NCBI RefSeq assembly: GCF_036971445.1
Contig: NC_091474.1
Location: forward strand, 185,442,001-185,506,000
Direction: 5' to 3'
Length of the DNA stretch: 64,000 nucleotides
From: Narcine bancroftii
Lineage: Eukaryota
The translations under genes and the position numbers were made by a program. How positions within the stretch are numbered: position 1 is the stretch's first letter; every line of letters begins with the position of its first letter. This document shows positions 38,688 through 51,079 of the stretch, piece by piece. The notes beneath the pieces are model-generated. The model made no database searches, was not told where the DNA came from, and saw nothing but the letters and a program-made list of their open reading frames with translations.

Positions 38688-40761
38688 GGAGGCAGTACAG
38701 AAAAGATTTAATGGATTAGATTCAGCAGTGAAGGATGTTAGCAATCTGTTAGTCCATAGAAATTAGGGTTCTTAACTTTAGAACCGGGAAGGTTAAAAGA
38801 AAGCAGAAATGAAGTCACGTCCTGCTTAGATAAATAAGGAGTAATTGTTTCTAGTATCAGAAGAGTTGTAGAGTTATACTGGCAAAAAGCAAAGGAAAAT
38901 GTACCCTTGTTACTGTTATCAGAAATTCACTGCTTCTAAAATGTGACAGCAGATTCAAAGGAGAATCTGTTTATTCAAGGGAAAATTGAATATATACTTG
39001 GAGGCAAATCATTTACAGGACTATGAGGAGACAACAGCAAACCAAGGTTCCTTGAATAGTTGTACAAAAAGAGCTGGTGCAAACACACTGGGATCAATAC
39101 TCTCCATGGGAGCTGTATTTTAATAGCTTGCAATAACTAGTTTCTTGTTTTGCCTTTGCAAATGCTCAGAGTAAAAACTCCAAATCAATGAAGAATTTAA
39201 ATTTTCCCAAAATAATGCTCTCTTAGATCGTAGCATGTTATGAAAGCTGACATCATCTATGATGAGGCAAAGCGGGAATTCTATCAAAATAGATCTGGTA
39301 CAAAGGAATGGTGCTGTCCCTGTGAGTATAAGAAATGGAAACAGCTAAAGATAACGTTTCAGTCTGGATATTCTTCTAAATGTAACTAGTGAAGTAATTG
39401 TTTAGCTCAACCATGCAACATTGATTTTTTTTAAAATTCCATTGGCATGCCAAGCATGAAGCACTAAAAGTCAATAAGGTACCAGTCATGCTGCAGGACT
39501 TTGTTAAAGTGGTCAATGTTTTGGAATGTGTAAAGTATTATGAAGTGGAAAAATCCATGAAACAAAGAGAAATCTTTATAAATCATATTATATTCCTCAA
39601 AATATTTGGTTATTTTCTTAAAATATTGGAAACCAACAGGAACTTTTGGATAGGAACTGAAATGTATACACCCCAGATTTTCCAACAACTGATTTTCAAA
39701 AAACAGCAAACAGCTAAATACACATGGAAAACTAAAGGTAATGTTTCCAAATTTCTGCCAAAAATATTAATGAAATAATGCCATCGCCTAAGTACTCAGA
39801 GATGGTATTTTGGAGTAACCTCATTTACACTGAGTCTGCACCATTCACTTTTAGCATTCCAGCAGTAGGAGCAGTCCAAAGATGTGTGTATATTATAATC
39901 ATAAACAATGATTCATCACATTTTATCAATAATACTTTAACTCTAAATCATTTTGAATTCATCCATTTTTCTCTATTTTTGCATATGCTTCTGATTTTCA
40001 TTATGAATTGGCTTTAAGTATGGTCTCTCTTTGATTGCACGGGAAGGTATGTGGAATGAGCCCTCCAATTGTAACATTGTGTGATAATGATGTGCTCACT
40101 GGCCCAGTTATATGTGTAGCATCCACGGAATGTTTATCTGCTCAAAGTTATTCACACATAATAACCAACAAGATTTAATGAGTACAGTTTGTATATTTTT
40201 TAAAAGAAGAATAAAACCTGCAATTTTAAGTGTTTATTGGTTGCAAATGAATATTCAAAGCTAGTTGGAAGAAAGAAAGTTGTGGATAAATATCTACAAA
40301 TTGTGGGAAGTAGTATCCTACTTAGGAATTGGGAACAGATCATTTAAAGTTTTGTGGATAGATCCACATATGGTAAGTAAAATCATGAAGTACTTGTGGG
40401 GATGAGTGAGGGTGACTTGCTGAATTGAGTGCATTTAAGTCCAGTTATTTTGCCAAAATGTCTCCAAGAGCCAATAAACTTCATTACAGATGATTACATA
40501 ATCCATCATTCATTCTGATGGAATGAATTACGAAGGCAATAATTCCTTGGAAAGGATGTCTGTGGATGGGGCCAAGGAGCTCTGTACACAGGAACACTAT
40601 TTTGTCTATATAAAAAAAAATTTAAATGAAGTATGAAGCTTTATTTGTAGAGGATGACATATGAAAGCAGGAAAGTTATGTTAAAATTGTTCATAACCAT
40701 GCTTAGATTACACATAAATTACTTTGGAAGTTCTGATTTTCATATCACAAGGGAGCAAAAA

Positions 40762-42166
40762 GCGACCATTCTTTAAGAAGGGAGGGAAACTACAGACCAG
40801 TTAGCCTGACATCAGTAGTAGGGAAGGGGCTAGAATCAGTTATTAAAGATACAATCACAGTACATTTGGAAAGTAGTGGTATTATCAGACAGAGTCAGCA
40901 TGGTTTTGTGAAGGGAAAATCATGTCTGACAAAACCAATAGAGTTTTTTGAGGATATAACCAGTAGTGTGGATAGGGGAAATCAGTGGATGTGGTATATC
41001 TGGACTTTAGTAAGGCATTTGATATGGTTCTGCACAGAAGACTAGCATACAAACTTGAAAAGCATGGTATAGGAGGTATGGTATTAAGGTGGATAGAGAA
41101 TTGGTTGATGAACAGGAAGCAAAGAGTAGGAATAAATGGCAGGCAGTGACTAGTGAGGTACCACAGGGCTTCATGCTGGGACCACAGTGATTTACAATAT
41201 ATATCAATGACTTAGATGTGGGAATAGATAGCAATATCTCAAAATTTGCAGACATCATGAAGTTGGGTAGCAGGGTTAGCTGTGTGATGGATGCTAGGAG
41301 GTTCAGAGTGATTTGGACAAGTTAGGGGAATGGGCCAAGACATGGCAGATCGAATATAATGTGGATTAATGTGAGGTTATCCACTTTGGAGGTAAGAACA
41401 GGAAAGAGGACTATTATCTAAATGGTATCTGTTTAGGAAAAGGGGAGATGCAGCGAGACTTGGGTGTTGCTGTGCATCAGTCATTGAAAGTGGACGTGCA
41501 GGGGCAGCAGGCGGTGAGGAGGGTGAATGGTATGTTGGCGTTCATAGCGAGAGGATTTGAGTACAGGAGTACAGAGATCCTGCTACATCGTATAGGGCCT
41601 TGGTGAGACCACACCTGGAGTACTTCATGCAGTTTTGGTCTCCTTATCTGAGGAAGGATATCCTCGCCATGGAGGGGATGCAGACAAGGTTCACTAGACT
41701 GATACCAGGGATGGAAGGACTTGCATATAAAGAAAGGATGGATAGACTAGGCTTGTATTCGCTGGAATTTAAAAGATTGTGGGGGGATCTTAGAGAAACA
41801 TATAAAATTCTTAAGGGTTTAGACAGACTAGATGCAGGAAGGTTGTTTCCAATGCTGGGGAAAAACTAGAACCAGGCATCACAGTTTAAGGATAAGGGGG
41901 AAATTTTTTAGGACTGAGATGAGGAAAAATTTCTTCTCTCAGAGAGTGGTGAATCTATGGAATTATTTGCCACAAGAAATAGTTGAGGCCGGTTCCTTGA
42001 CAATATTTAAGAGTATGTTAGTCTTGGCCCTTGTGGCTAAGGAGATCAGGGGCTATGGGGAAAAGACAGGAACTAGGTACTGATCAGCCATGATCATATT
42101 GAATGGCAATGTAGGCTTGAAGGGCCAAATGGCCTACTCCTGCACCTATTTTTTATGTTTCTATGT
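40762..42166 (+). mobile_element. CR1 LINE, 5'-truncated, RT through 3' tail
   Basis: NYRPVSLTS, QHGFVKGKSCLT, YLDFSKAFD, KFAD, VRPHLEY.MQFWSP, FFSQRVVNLWN; tail GGGCCAAATGGCCTACTCCTGCACCTATTTTTTATGTTTCTATGT. Confidence 0.93.
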
Positions 42167-42859
42167 AGATACCAGAGCCAAGGGGTTATAGCCAATAGGA
42201 AAGTCTGAATCTGTTTCTACTCAACATAAAAAAAGTCTAAGTAACTTTATAATGATCTTTAAAATTAAGTAAGATCCAATTAAAAAGGATGATAATCAGC
42301 TGGCAAGTACAGGATAGTCACTAATAAATCCAAACACTAATAAATCAGTGGAATGTGTTTCCACTGAGAGAAGTGAGAATGTGTAGATCCACGTTATAGG
42401 CAGCAGGTGAGGGGACTAATAAAGAAGAAGGAAATAATCTATTGCTGAGCATGGGGGCAAATGTATTGGGCTAAATGACCTTTCTCTGTGTGTTGGTACT
42501 TCTGAAATCACTTCATAGCATAGCTGGAGAATTTAATTGCCAACGAAGAATAAATTAGGTTAGGCCATTTGCATCAGATATTCTTGTCACTCATTAAACA
42601 AACAACAATTCCACATGAAGCAGATTTTTTTAAAAACAGCAATGAATACTAAAAGTAGTGGAGCAAAAGTAAAACATCAGCTGCCTTGCATGACAATGTG
42701 CCTCCTTTCATTTCCAAGTCTTTTCTTCTAGAGGTAGGAATTCAGGGAGCATCACCCCAACATAAATGCCAGTATTTTATCATTGGGACTGAAAGCAAAA
42801 ATGTTCAAAGTGTTAATTATGCATTACTTGTCATCTTCCTAAAAGTCCACAGATTTTAT

Positions 42860-43130
42860 GGAATAGTTTCTGCTGTTTCAAGGGTGGCAAATATCACCCC
42901 ACTATTTTTTAAAAAAGGAATAAGAGGAAAAAAGTGAGACATCAGATTGGTTGTCCTCACATCAGGACTGCTAGGATACTCAGAAAATATCAATAAGATA
43001 CCACAAAGCTAATATGGATTCATGAAGGGTACATTCTGTTTGACACCCCTTTTGGACTTTCTGAGCATGCAATTGTTAGAATAAATAAAGAAAAATCAAC
43101 TAATGTGATGTTTTTGAGTGTGTCAACAAG
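42860..43130 (+). mobile_element. Old CR1 RT fragment
   Basis: RVANITPLFFKKG and a decayed YGFMKG..CLT. Confidence 0.55.
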
Positions 43131-43299
43131 ATAGCTAGTTCACCAGCTATGCAAGACCAAAGCTAATAATAGTCCAAATAACATCTTCTCTGTAATTTGT
43201 CTGATACCTGGTCTAAAATTGGAAAGAGAATGGAACTCACAGGCTTGGAACGGTCCATTGAGGGAGCCAGCAGTGGTTTTATTTGAGATCCCATGACCT

Positions 43300-43907
43300 C
43301 GGGGTCTGCGCCCAAGATGGCGGAGCCTATTAATTGGCAGCAGCCAGGAGGAGCAGTAGACTATGGGGAAGTGGGGGACTGGAGCAGGGCACCACAGGTC
43401 GGGAAGATCACCCCCCCCATCTGAGAAGGAAAACCGGAAGAGATGATCCATGGGTCTATGGCCATGTAGATGAGGGGGCTTTGTGGCTGAGGGACCAGTG
43501 GAAGCTGCGGGCTGTTGGAGATTGCTGTCAGGAGACTCAGGCCGGTCTGCGGATTGCTGGACACTGTCTTGAACTGGCCGGAGGAGTACCAGGTATTGGA
43601 ACCTGGATATGAGGCGGTGCCAAAGGGTCTCTTACCTTGTTAGAGGTTCAGATCTGGAACTCAGGTCGCCAATGCTTTGAACTGGACTCTGGGTGACTGT
43701 GGAAGTGCTGGAGGTGAATCTATGGATACTTGGTGACTCTGGGGGACTCTCTTTTGCTTCTCTTTCTCTGTCTGTAAGTCTGACTGTAAGAAATGTAAGA
43801 GGTGTTTAGGCATTTTTTTGCTGGTAATGAGTCTCTGTCTTGCAGAAGGCAATAAAGGAATTTCATCTAATCTTATTACTATGACAATAAATTGAATCTT
43901 GAATCTC
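43300..43907 (+). mobile_element. Family A element, apparently complete (~610 bp)
   Basis: Starts GGGGTCTGCGCCCAAGATGGCGG; shares ACCAGGTAT...CCTGGAT.TGAG and CTCTCTTTTGCTTCTCTTT with 23788-24470; tail ATGACAATAAATTGAATCTTGAATCT. Confidence 0.75.
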
Positions 43908-46900
43908 TATTAAGGTGCAAATTGTAAAACGAAACAAATTTGATTGAGAGGAGAACTTATTTTAAAGTAAGCAGAAGAGACATGGAAAACACTATAGCTA
44001 CCAGTTTCATGAGGGATTTGCCAATTCTTCCTATTGCTATGGAATAATAAACACTTTAGGCTTTCAGTGATGGAAAATAAACTTCAGACCATCCCATCCA
44101 AGGGCCACTGCTGCTGGATGTCACCCAACTCATTCCACATGCTAATGACCAGCAATTTGGTGCAGGAAGCAGATCTAATCCCATCTTTCCAGAAGAGGCA
44201 AGAGGTGGGAAGAGGCACCCTACTCAGTCCAGGAGAAGGGGAATATGGTCTATACCCCATATCTAGGAGTTTAAATTGGCATGAATGGCGGTTGAGGGAT
44301 GCACTTTGCTTACTTGCTCTTGCCTGCTCCTAACTGGTTCCTAACTCTGGTTTTCTTCTTCTATCCTCAATCTGAAGCATCTCTGAATTTCTCTCATCAT
44401 ATTTGTCTCAATTATCTCATTTTCACTTCTGGTTTGTCACACATCACATTCACAAAAAATAGCCCCTTCAATACCTGTGCATATGAAAATGTTCAGTAAA
44501 TTTGAGCCTATCCAATTTCCTATGACTAAAATCACCAAGCTTTTCAATAATGGTTCCTACTGTTCAGTTACTTTGATAAGCAATAATGCCAAATTTTATG
44601 CGTTCACCACCCTTCATCCAGTTGTCAATGTCTCTTTGCATCCTTGTTTGTCTGATTTCTTAGATCCAATTTTCAACTTCAGCCCTACATGTATTTCCTC
44701 TGTTCTGATTTTTGACCATTGCTTTGAATTTACAGAACACAAATCAGACTTTTAAAATTAGTCCCATCTTGTTCAACAGATGTCTGCCAGTTGGACGGGC
44801 TTCAAAATTTCTTAGCTGCATTTTTTGTTGTCAGTTCACTTATTCTCTTATTAGTGCCAGTATATCAAATAGCTGGACCTAGCAGAATTCCTGCTTCAAT
44901 TTTCCCCATATCATCTCTGCCAATGGATATGAAAAGAATATGGATAAATAAATCTATTACTCTTGCCCTTTGTCAATAGTTTGTTTTTTTAACCTTGGCC
45001 AACTCTCTCTCCAAGTAATTTTGAATTTACTCATAATGCTGCAATGTAACTTTTTTTAGAAAAATTGAGCTATTGTTTTACTTCATGTACAATGGTAAAC
45101 AGCACCCTATGTTGCTCCTTACTAAAACTGGGTCTTGTAAATTGGGCATGTTCCTTTCCATTCCACATTGCATTAACCAAAGAAGGTCTAAAACCTACAC
45201 TTACATTTGTCAGCTTCACTTTTCTAACCCTTAAATATGATGCCTCACAATCTGTGAGAAGATGCACCTTCTGGGCTCCAACAGATCCCAATGATATCAC
45301 ATTGATGATTCCAAGATTCTGTGCATTTGATTTTACACTTATCCCACAATATCAATTTTCCTAATTCTTTAGGTTAATGAATGGAAAAGAATGATTATGT
45401 TTGCCATGTTCTTCATCCATCCCACCCCATCCACCTGCCCATCCATGTAAAGTTTGAGTTCTTCTCATTTGCTGGGGCTTTTGGGGACATCCACTGCTGA
45501 ACTTCCAATGTCCAGGCATCTGATCATCATCCTGTGAGAAAGTGAAATTAAATAAAAGCCCTGCTGATAAATTTGGGAAGACTTCTACATTCCTTACTAT
45601 GTGCAGCCATGGTTCCTCATGCAATCTCATAAATTTTAGGGTGTAGTCTATCTTCACCATCCAATTGGAGATGGGTTTTTACTGTTAAAACTTTTCTGTG
45701 GAAGTTGCTTTGATTGGTGATTTATCCATGAATGATCTAACAATCCATAAAACTTCAATGTAAAGTTTAAATTATGATTGTTTCAAGAACAATCTTATTG
45801 CCCAAGTCTCTGAAGTTCTGCTCTTGAACATTTTAGTAAATCTCAGTTGTCACCTGAGGTCACCAACAGCTCCTGAAAGGTTTCTATGACCATGTGCTTC
45901 ATGGAATTCAAATGGCAGCATTCTTATCTGGGAGTCAGAGGTTGGAGGAATCAAGCCACATTCCGGTAGGTTAAATTCAAAGTGTAGAATGAGTGCACCG
46001 GTTCTAACCTTCAAGATGCCAACTACTTTCCAAGATAAAAAGATCCAAAGCATTATTTCAAATAGCAGAGAAGTCATCTTTGGTGTAGTGACCAATAATG
46101 ATCTCTTAATTAACATTACTAAGAAGCATCTTGAGACCCTACAACAATCATGGAGAATATTTTTTTTGAAATTTGTGCTACCTCTCCTTTAACTTTTCTA
46201 ATCATTGTTATTTTAAAAGAGCCACTGAACTTGCTTTGTGTCTGGAGAACATTTATTGTTTGGATTAAAACCAGTTTTTTTAAAAAACATTACTTTGTGG
46301 CACAAATCCTCCTTGTTTTCTTCTCTTCAGAATCAGAATTTCTTGTCGTGAACGAGTCATAAAATGCAGTGTTTTGCGGCAGCAGATTCACAGTGAAAAC
46401 GTTCATATAAACCACTTGAATATTTGCACTTTGATACTGCTGCAAGACACCAAATTTGTGATTTAAAAAGATCTTTCACTGAGTTTTGTTGGCAAGAACG
46501 GCAGTGATTGTAAATCAAATGGGTCGCAAATTAATTTCAAAGGGAAATTGAGAATTGGCCTTTCTCTTCTATGTCTGGAGTTACATATAGATTAGATTAA
46601 GAAAGCGCAGGAGAATTTCTTCCATGATGGAATTAGATGGTCATGATCTTTGTTCAAAATACAAATTGAATTTAGCTTTATTTAATTCCCCACCTACCAA
46701 GATGGGTTTTGAATATATTTCTGGATCATTGGTGTGGGGAGTAGTCAGGGCACAGAATATATATTCGGGAGGTCAATCACCAAGATTGGTTTTCACTAAT
46801 GAGGCTGCCAAGTCCTGAAGGAAATATCTACCAGACTCAGTCTTCAGTAACTAATGAGTGAACTAATACAAGTCATGAACTTAAACCTCATCAATTTACC

Positions 46901-47244
46901 TGGCAAATACATCTGTCCATGCCAACCCTGGTAACATAAAATGTGCACACAGTTGTAGACTTGCATTGTAGAGATTCTCTGCCATGCAGTGCAGCATTGC
47001 ATTAGATAAATACAGTCTGCTGCTAGAACTCAATGGGACGAGCAGCATCAGTGGGAAAAAAGGAATGGTTGATCTTTCAAGCTAAAGGTCCAGTTTGAGG
47101 ATAGGTTTCTGTCCAAAATGCTATTTTTTTTTCCTCGAGCAGATTGTATTTAACTTCGGATTTCACCATCTGCAGTCTCCTATGTGTTTCCAGTAGCACC
47201 ACATTAGTTATTTTGTCAAGAGCTGGTTTGATGTTTTGGTAAGT

Positions 47245-47925
47245 CAAGTCAGGGTGGCACTTACACTGTAAATGGGCCCTTGAGAGCATAGTAGAACAGA
47301 GAGACCTGGATTACAGATGTATAGTTCCATATACAGGTACATACTTCAATGATAGTGGCAACTCAGGTGGTTGGGTGTTAAAGAAGGTATTTGGTGTACT
47401 CACCTCAATTGGACAAGGGGATTGAATGCAAAAGTTGGGACCTCATGGTGCAGCAATTCATACCAATGGTGAGACAACTCTTGGAATATTGTATGCCTTT
47501 CTGGTCACCCAACTACAGGAAGGATATTGATAAGTTGGAAGTGGTGCAGAGGAGATTCACAAGAATGATGCCAGGTCTGGAGGGCTTGAATTATCAAGAG
47601 AGGTTGGCTAAGCTGGATCTTTATCCCTTTGTGTGTAGGAGGCTTAGAGGTGTCCATATTGAGTTTTATGAAGTCATGAGGTGCATGGCTTAAGTGAATG
47701 CTTTTGGTCTATATCTCTGGGTAGATGTTTCTAGAACTAGATGCCCAAGGTCGAAGGTGTCAAGAAGCAATAGAATGGCTACATTTGCAATCTTCAAAAG
47801 GCATTTGGACAGATATAGAGGACTAAATAGAAGAAATGGAGCCAGACCAGAATGTCAGCTTGGTCTTCATGGATTAGTTGGGTCAAATGGCCTATCCTGT
47901 GCTGCTTGACCCTATAATTCTATTA
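47245..47925 (+). mobile_element. Decayed CR1 3' fragment
   Basis: VRQLLEYCMPFWSPNYRKDIDKLEVVQRRFTRMMPGL; tail GGGTCAAATGGCCTATCCTGTGCTG. Confidence 0.85.
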
Positions 47926-48332
47926 GTGCTAAATAAGATAGACTCAGAATAAATCTAGCAGTTCCAAATCAGAAATCCCATGTGATTGAACGTGTGAGAG
48001 GTTTTAGTTATAACGAGATTTTACAGGGAAGAAGGGAAATTGTTGTGATGAAGGGAATGCACCAGTTTTCCAGAGGATCAGCAGCTGAAACATGATTTGT
48101 CCAAGTCTGCAATGTCAAGACTTGGGAGCAGAACAAATAAAATGTGTCGACCCCACCTTCCTCTTCCCCAGCTGTATGGGATCCTGCAATCGCTTGATGA
48201 TGTATGTTGGCCTGATTGACCAGCAGGGGCAGAAACTACTGGTAATCTAATAAAAACAGAAATAGAATTTATTACTACACAACTAATCAGGATGAAAGTC
48301 TCTCTGTTATTCACAAGAAAGTATAATTTAGT

Positions 48333-48782
48333 CCTCGAGATGGCAGAGGCCGACAGCATCGAATCCACGCTGCTGAAGATCCAACTTCGTTGGGCAGGTT
48401 ACGTCTCCAGAATGGAGGTCCATCGCCTTCCCAAGATCGTGTTATATGGCGAGCTCTCCACTGGCCACCGTGACAGAGGTGCACCAAAGAAGAGGTACAA
48501 GGACTGCCTAAAGAAATCTCGCCTCCAACCGTGCATCTTGGCGCCTCACAGTTCGGTGGGCAGCAACCTCCTTTGAAGAAGACTGCAGAGCCCACCTCAC
48601 TGACAAAAGACAAAGGAGGAAAAACCCAACACCCAACCCCATCCCACCAATTTTCCCCTGCAACCGCTGCAACCGTGTCTGCCTGTCCCACATCGGACTT
48701 GTCAGCCACAAACAAGCCTGCAGCTGACGTGGACATTACCCCTCCATAAATCTTCGTCTGCGAAGCCAAGCCAAAGAAAAGA
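48333..48782 (+). mobile_element. RTE-clade LINE, 5'-truncated, with a ~44-bp internal deletion
   Basis: LEMAEADSIESTLLKIQLRW; perfect 10-bp TSD ATAATTTAGT (48323-48332 and 48783-48792); AAATCTC joined directly to GCCTCCAACC. Confidence 0.95.
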
Positions 48783-49544
48783 ATAATTTAGTAATAAATC
48801 AATACTTTAACTACCTTTTCTAAATATTCCATATTTCGTTATGTGAGATCAGGGCATGAACATCATCACAGAAACATCTAATTCTCCAGAACTGTAGCAG
48901 TTTAATTATTGTTGAAGATAATTTATCAGTCAGTGTCAGAATATTTGTGGCATGGCAATTGTGCAGGAAAATGTTGCTGTCTGGTTTGTGCCTTTGAATT
49001 GGCAGCTCAAGTTCCCATCCCAGAAAATGCCAAATCTCATTAGCTATGATGCGGCACATGTCGCTCTAAAGTTTGGTACTTTCCCCCTGAGAAAGCGGTC
49101 TGCTTAATTTGAGCTGAACTTGTAAAAACAAGAAAAATCTGCAGATGCTGGAGCCGAAGCAATGCACAAATGTCCTGGAGAAACTCAGCAGGACACACAG
49201 CATCCATAGGAAGCAAAAGTTAACCAACAGAAGTGAAGGAAGTCTGCACCAGAAGAGTATCGAAAATTTGTGAGTTTTGAAGCCAGGCAGTGAAATTCTC
49301 ATGAACATGTTTTCAGATTCCATTTTGTCACGTCAATTACAGATCCTCCTTTCATGGCACATGTGACAAAAGCCTGGAGAGCTCCCTTTCACAATTTCCT
49401 CTGGGTTATTTAGAAGGTTGGAGATTTGGCTGCTTTCCTTGCCTTGCCTGATATAAAATCATTTCCTTTTTAAAAGATGTGTCTGGAATTTACAGATTTT
49501 TTTTTCCATTCCCTATTTGATGTAGTTTCTCCAAGGTTTCCATT

Positions 49545-50404
49545 AAACTTTGCCAAGGTGACAGGCACCACCAGCATGTCTGACTGCAAGAAATATCAAG
49601 ACAGACAAGAGGAAGGAGATGGAAAATGTGGTAGCATGGTGTCAGGATGGCAACCTTGCCCTCAATGTCAGCAAGATGAAGGAACCAGGAAGCAGACTGA
49701 AGCACCCAGCCTAGTCTGTATTTTAGGAGTAAATATCATCAACAATCCTGGTCTAACCACATTGACAATACAGCCAAGATATCTCAGTAGCCTAAGGAAA
49801 TTTGGCATGTGCTGAGTGGTATGACCCTGCCAAATTTCTACAGATGTATGGTGGAAAGTGTGCTGACTGGTTGCATCACAGTCTGGTATGGGGACATCAA
49901 TACCCCATGTGTAAACCCTGCAAAAGATAGTGGACACAGGCAAGGATGTCACGCACAAGATCTTCTCCACCAGTGAGAACATCTACAGGGAAAGCTGCCG
50001 TCAGAGAGCAGCAGCAATTATCAAGTGTCCACATCACCCAGCACATGTTCTGTTCTTGCTGCTATGAGAAAGAGGTCTAGGTGCCACAAGACTCACACCA
50101 CCAGGTTCAGGAACAGCTGCTACCCTTCCACCATTAAAGTCCTTAACAACAAACTCAATCAGGAACTCATTTAAGGATACTTACTTTTGCATTTTATTGA
50201 TGTTTTTGTTCTCTCTGTATTGCACAGTCAGTTTGTTTACATCTGTTATCTCTTCACAATTTTTATTTACCTATATACACTGTGCAGTTTTTTTTTGTGC
50301 TACCAATAAGAGGTAATTCTGCCTTGCCTGCAGAAAAATCATCTCACATTGCTATGTGATGTCATTTATATTCTCTGACAATAAATTTGAAATCTGAAAA
50401 TCTG
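49545..50404 (+). mobile_element. Decayed Rex1/Babar-like LINE 3' fragment
   Basis: GAAAGTGTGCTGACTGGTTGCATCACAGTCTGGTATGGG (ESVLTGCITVWYG), TTRFRNSCYP, tail CTGACAATAAATTTGAAATCTGAAAATCTG. Confidence 0.8.
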
Positions 50405-51030
50405 TTGCTTACCAATTTTTATAGATATACCATAAAAATATCCTGTCTAGATGCAGTGAAAGATGAAAATCTGCAGACCCTGTGATTATAATTTAAAAAA
50501 ACAAGAATGCTGGAGGAGCTTAGCAGGTCTCGCACTGACCTTAGGAGTTAAAGATATATAATTGACAAATCAGGCCTGAGCCCTTCTTCAAGATGCATCA
50601 CATTTGGTGCAGGAACTGCTCTGCCGAAGACTGCAAGAAACTGCAGAAAGTTAAGAATGCAGCTCAGGCCTTCACATAAACCTTCTCCACCCATTGACAC
50701 CATCACCTCCCGCTACCTTAGACAAGCAGCCAACATATTAAAGGACACATCCCTGGAAATACCTTTTTCTCCTTTTTCCTCTTGGGGTGAAGATACATGA
50801 GATTGAAAACACACTATTCCAGATTCAAAAACTTTTTTTCCTGCTGTTATCAATCTTTTCAATGCATCTCCAATCAGTTAAAAATGTATTTTCTCTTTAA
50901 CACAATGCTCTGCATTTTTAATTTCATGTAAATTATACCAGGAACTTTTGTTTTTATTTTTATACTATGTCTCCGTTAAGTTGCCTGGATACCAGATGAA
51001 ATAACATTTTTAGTATATATGACAATTCAA
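50405..51030 (+). mobile_element. Second decayed Rex1-like 3' fragment with a 135-bp Penelope-terminus insert at 50456-50590
   Basis: CKKLQKV, KAANILKD motifs; the insert is flanked by the 7-bp direct repeat AGATGCA (50449-50455 and 50591-50597). Confidence 0.7.
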
Positions 51031-51079
51031 TTTAATATGGATGTCTTGATGGAGATCATAAGATCTAGGAGTAGAAAGA

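Noticed and set aside
39225-39400. Short plus-strand frame MKADIIYDEAKREF... with splice-like flanks
   Set aside because: Better explained as a decayed CR1 RT region; no other support.
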